From Podospora anserina (Eukaryota), in assembly GCA_017654855.1 (NCBI GenBank), contig CM030333.1:2542001-2606000 (forward strand): a stretch of 64,000 bases of DNA, written 5' to 3'. The position numbers and the translations under genes were made by a program. Below, one piece after another: positions 61,760 to 64,000 of the stretch (positions within the stretch are counted from its first letter, which is position 1; each line of letters opens with the position of its first letter). The notes below the pieces were generated by a model. It saw nothing but the letters and a program-made list of their open reading frames with translations. It did no database searches and was not told the origin of the DNA.

Positions 61760-64000
61760 TCATTGCGTCTCCCAGTCACAGTACCCAGTCGGCGGATCCC
61801 TGATATACCCCGGCCCCAATCCAGCTCCCGTATTGTCCCTACTCCTCATCAAAGAGTCAAAGAAGGCCATGTCAACCCCTTGAAAGGCCCAGTCGTCCAC
61901 TCCTGCCGTGAGAGCAGGGTAAAGATACGAGTCGTGTTCAGGCTGCAAGTGGCCAGAACCATGTTGGGCTGGGAGTGAAGAAAAGTCAGGTCCTCCAACA
62001 AAAAGATTCTGAGAACTTTGTTGACTTTGCACCATGTTGCCGTACAATTGTTGCTCCTGGTTAGGTGTCTGAGAGGGTTGCCGCTCGAACGCTGACTGCG
62101 GCACCAACGTCGCAGACGACGGAGCGTCAGGTCCAGTTACCGCGGTGGCGGAACCAGCGGCGTCAGATGTGACCGCCTCCTTGGAAATGACTTCATCGGT
62201 AGCCACAATCTTGACCACCCCATAGTACGGAATAAACACACGGAGGACGTTTTGACGGCTCGGCGTGGTGACGGACTCGGAGCTAGACCGGTGAACGGCC
62301 TGGGTGTCGTACTTTCGCCGCCCGTTGGCCGCGTCAGCCTCGATGGCCATGAGCCTGCGTATCAGACCGGCGCTCTTCTCGCTTAGCGCATCCGCATTGA
62401 CTTTGTTGAACGCGTCCATGTTCTCGAGATACCCCTCCACCAAGCCTAAATCTCCAAGCCTTTGGTGGGCGAGAATGCTGTGATCTGGGGGTTGGCAATG
62501 ACCTTGCAGGTGTGCCAAAAGGAGCGTCATGGCAGCCATGAGGGCGTAGAAGTCCACAGCGCGGCAGCAGAAGGCGACGTTGTCTTGGGCCCGGAAGAGG
62601 ACAAAGCGGGTGAGTAGCTCTCTCGAGGCGGTGACGCAGACATCGCGGCTGTAAGAAGAGTTGCTCGGGTCGAGAGACTGCTTACTGGATCGCAGCAACA
62701 TGTATGGAAGATGAAGCTGGTTCAAAAGGTTGTAGTGGAATACTTGCCTCATCAGTTGCCACATTCTCCCGAGCATCTCGCTCACGTCATTGCCGGCACC
62801 AATGAGACTGGGCGGCAACCACCATCTTCCCGGCAGTTCCCCTGCCATCTTCTGCAACTCCAGATCAAGGGCTTTGGTGGATGCATACTCGTGGAAGCTT
62901 GGATCAGATTCATTCCGCTCCAGGATCCGAGCTGCGACACCCATCTGAAGACGTTCGAGTTTATTGACGGGGGCGTCGTCACCCGGCAGGTGGACACGTG
63001 AAGCCACTGCTGCTTCCATTGCGCCTTGCGGAAGGCCAAGCATGAGGGACACAACAGCATCTGCACATACAAGACGATGAAAGAGGTGTTGGGGAGCCAC
63101 TGGCATCGAAGCGTCGAGAATTCTCAGAGGCCGGTGCTGGTAGCTTCGATGAATACCCATCAACTGGCCGACCGTTATAGCGCGGCGGAAGGCCAGCCAG
63201 GCTCGGCGTAGGTTCCCGCAGTTCATCTGAAATAGACCCTCTAGCAGGATACAATGCAACGACTCAATGGAGCTAAGCATTTCATCGTTGGTGGTAACGA
63301 GCCGGATTGCCGTGTCCGCTAGCCTCCGCATGATGGTCCGTGGAGTTTCGCAGTCAGGCGGGAGATCTGTGTATGCATTCCTGTGGGTGTACTGTAGAGA
63401 CAGGCAAAGAACAAGCATGTGTCGAGCTACCAGGACCGGATGGAGATCTCGGGGCGGAATTCCAAACACGACTTTTGGGTCACTGTTTCCGCCGAGGCCT
63501 GACGCAGGGTCGGCGCTGGTCAATGCCAAGGCAAACAAGCCAGCTTTGTTTCCGCCGAGCTCGTAGATAGTATCAAGGTCCTGTCGAGATGGGTATGCCG
63601 AATGCAGTGCTTCGGAGAGTCGGCCGTGCTTGCCATCGTCAGGTCGTAGCTTGGCGAGACACTCGGCAGGATTTGGGCGTTGAACACCGAGACTTTCATC
63701 TTCGAGATCCAGCCCTTCCTGTAGAAGGGTATCAATAGCTTGTCACGCCAGTCAGTTGCATGATGCGTCATACCTGAGGAGCATCAAGAATACCAAACTG
63801 GTGACTTGATTCCGAGCCAGTTGATCCATCATCTTTGACTACCACAGAAGCCTCTGCGGGTTTCAACAGTGCCTGCACAGCGGATGGATCACCTCCAACC
63901 TTCTTGACCAGCTGCTCAATCAACGTCTCAACCCGAATGATTCGGTCTCCCATCTGACGTGTACGATCCGCTGGGGTTGAAAGTTCCTCAGGAAGATCCT
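61760..64000 (-). CDS. Fungal-specific (probably Zn2Cys6-type) transcription factor, 5' end outside window
   Basis: Coiled-coil RIIRVETLIEQLV; middle homology region GNLRRAWLAFRRAITVGQLMGIH, SLMLGLP, LLNQLHLPY; acidic tail DWAFQGVDMAFFDSL. The Zn cluster itself is not in the window. Confidence 0.85.

Noticed and set aside
1..64000. tRNA/rRNA genes, autonomous transposase, Starship captain, Spok, HET or NLR genes
   Set aside because: No diagnostic motifs seen by eye; tRNAscan/Infernal and HMM searches would be needed to exclude them fully.

Overview
Gene-dense, intron-containing filamentous ascomycete DNA. It is Sordariales-like, and a Podospora-like origin is inferred from splice signals and gene style rather than proven. 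Conserved housekeeping genes: SPG1/TEM1 GTPase, glycine cleavage H protein, HEM3, CAND1, GUA1, TRS31, APC13, UGO1, YAH1, RRP15, an ABCC transporter, an MFS transporter, a Ctr copper transporter and a partial fungal transcription factor. These alternate with accessory islands. Main observations: (1) an otherwise intact 4-exon Ctr gene has an in-frame TAG exactly at a conserved Trp, a candidate for A-to-I stop-codon correction; (2) a four-member family of secreted Cys-containing proteins is built from one repeated domain with a conserved phase-1 intron, in two islands ~20 kb apart, each with one intact and one disrupted copy; (3) an intronless NYN/PIN nuclease-CCCH-CCCH-CCHC protein; (4) a PLAC8 domain fused to ~16 H-x-[LI]-x-x-D-x-x-V repeats; (5) a 397-bp hAT-like MITE with a perfect 8-bp TSD; (6) a run of small single-pass membrane genes. 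Exon boundaries were read by eye from GT-AG and branch signals. No database searches were run.
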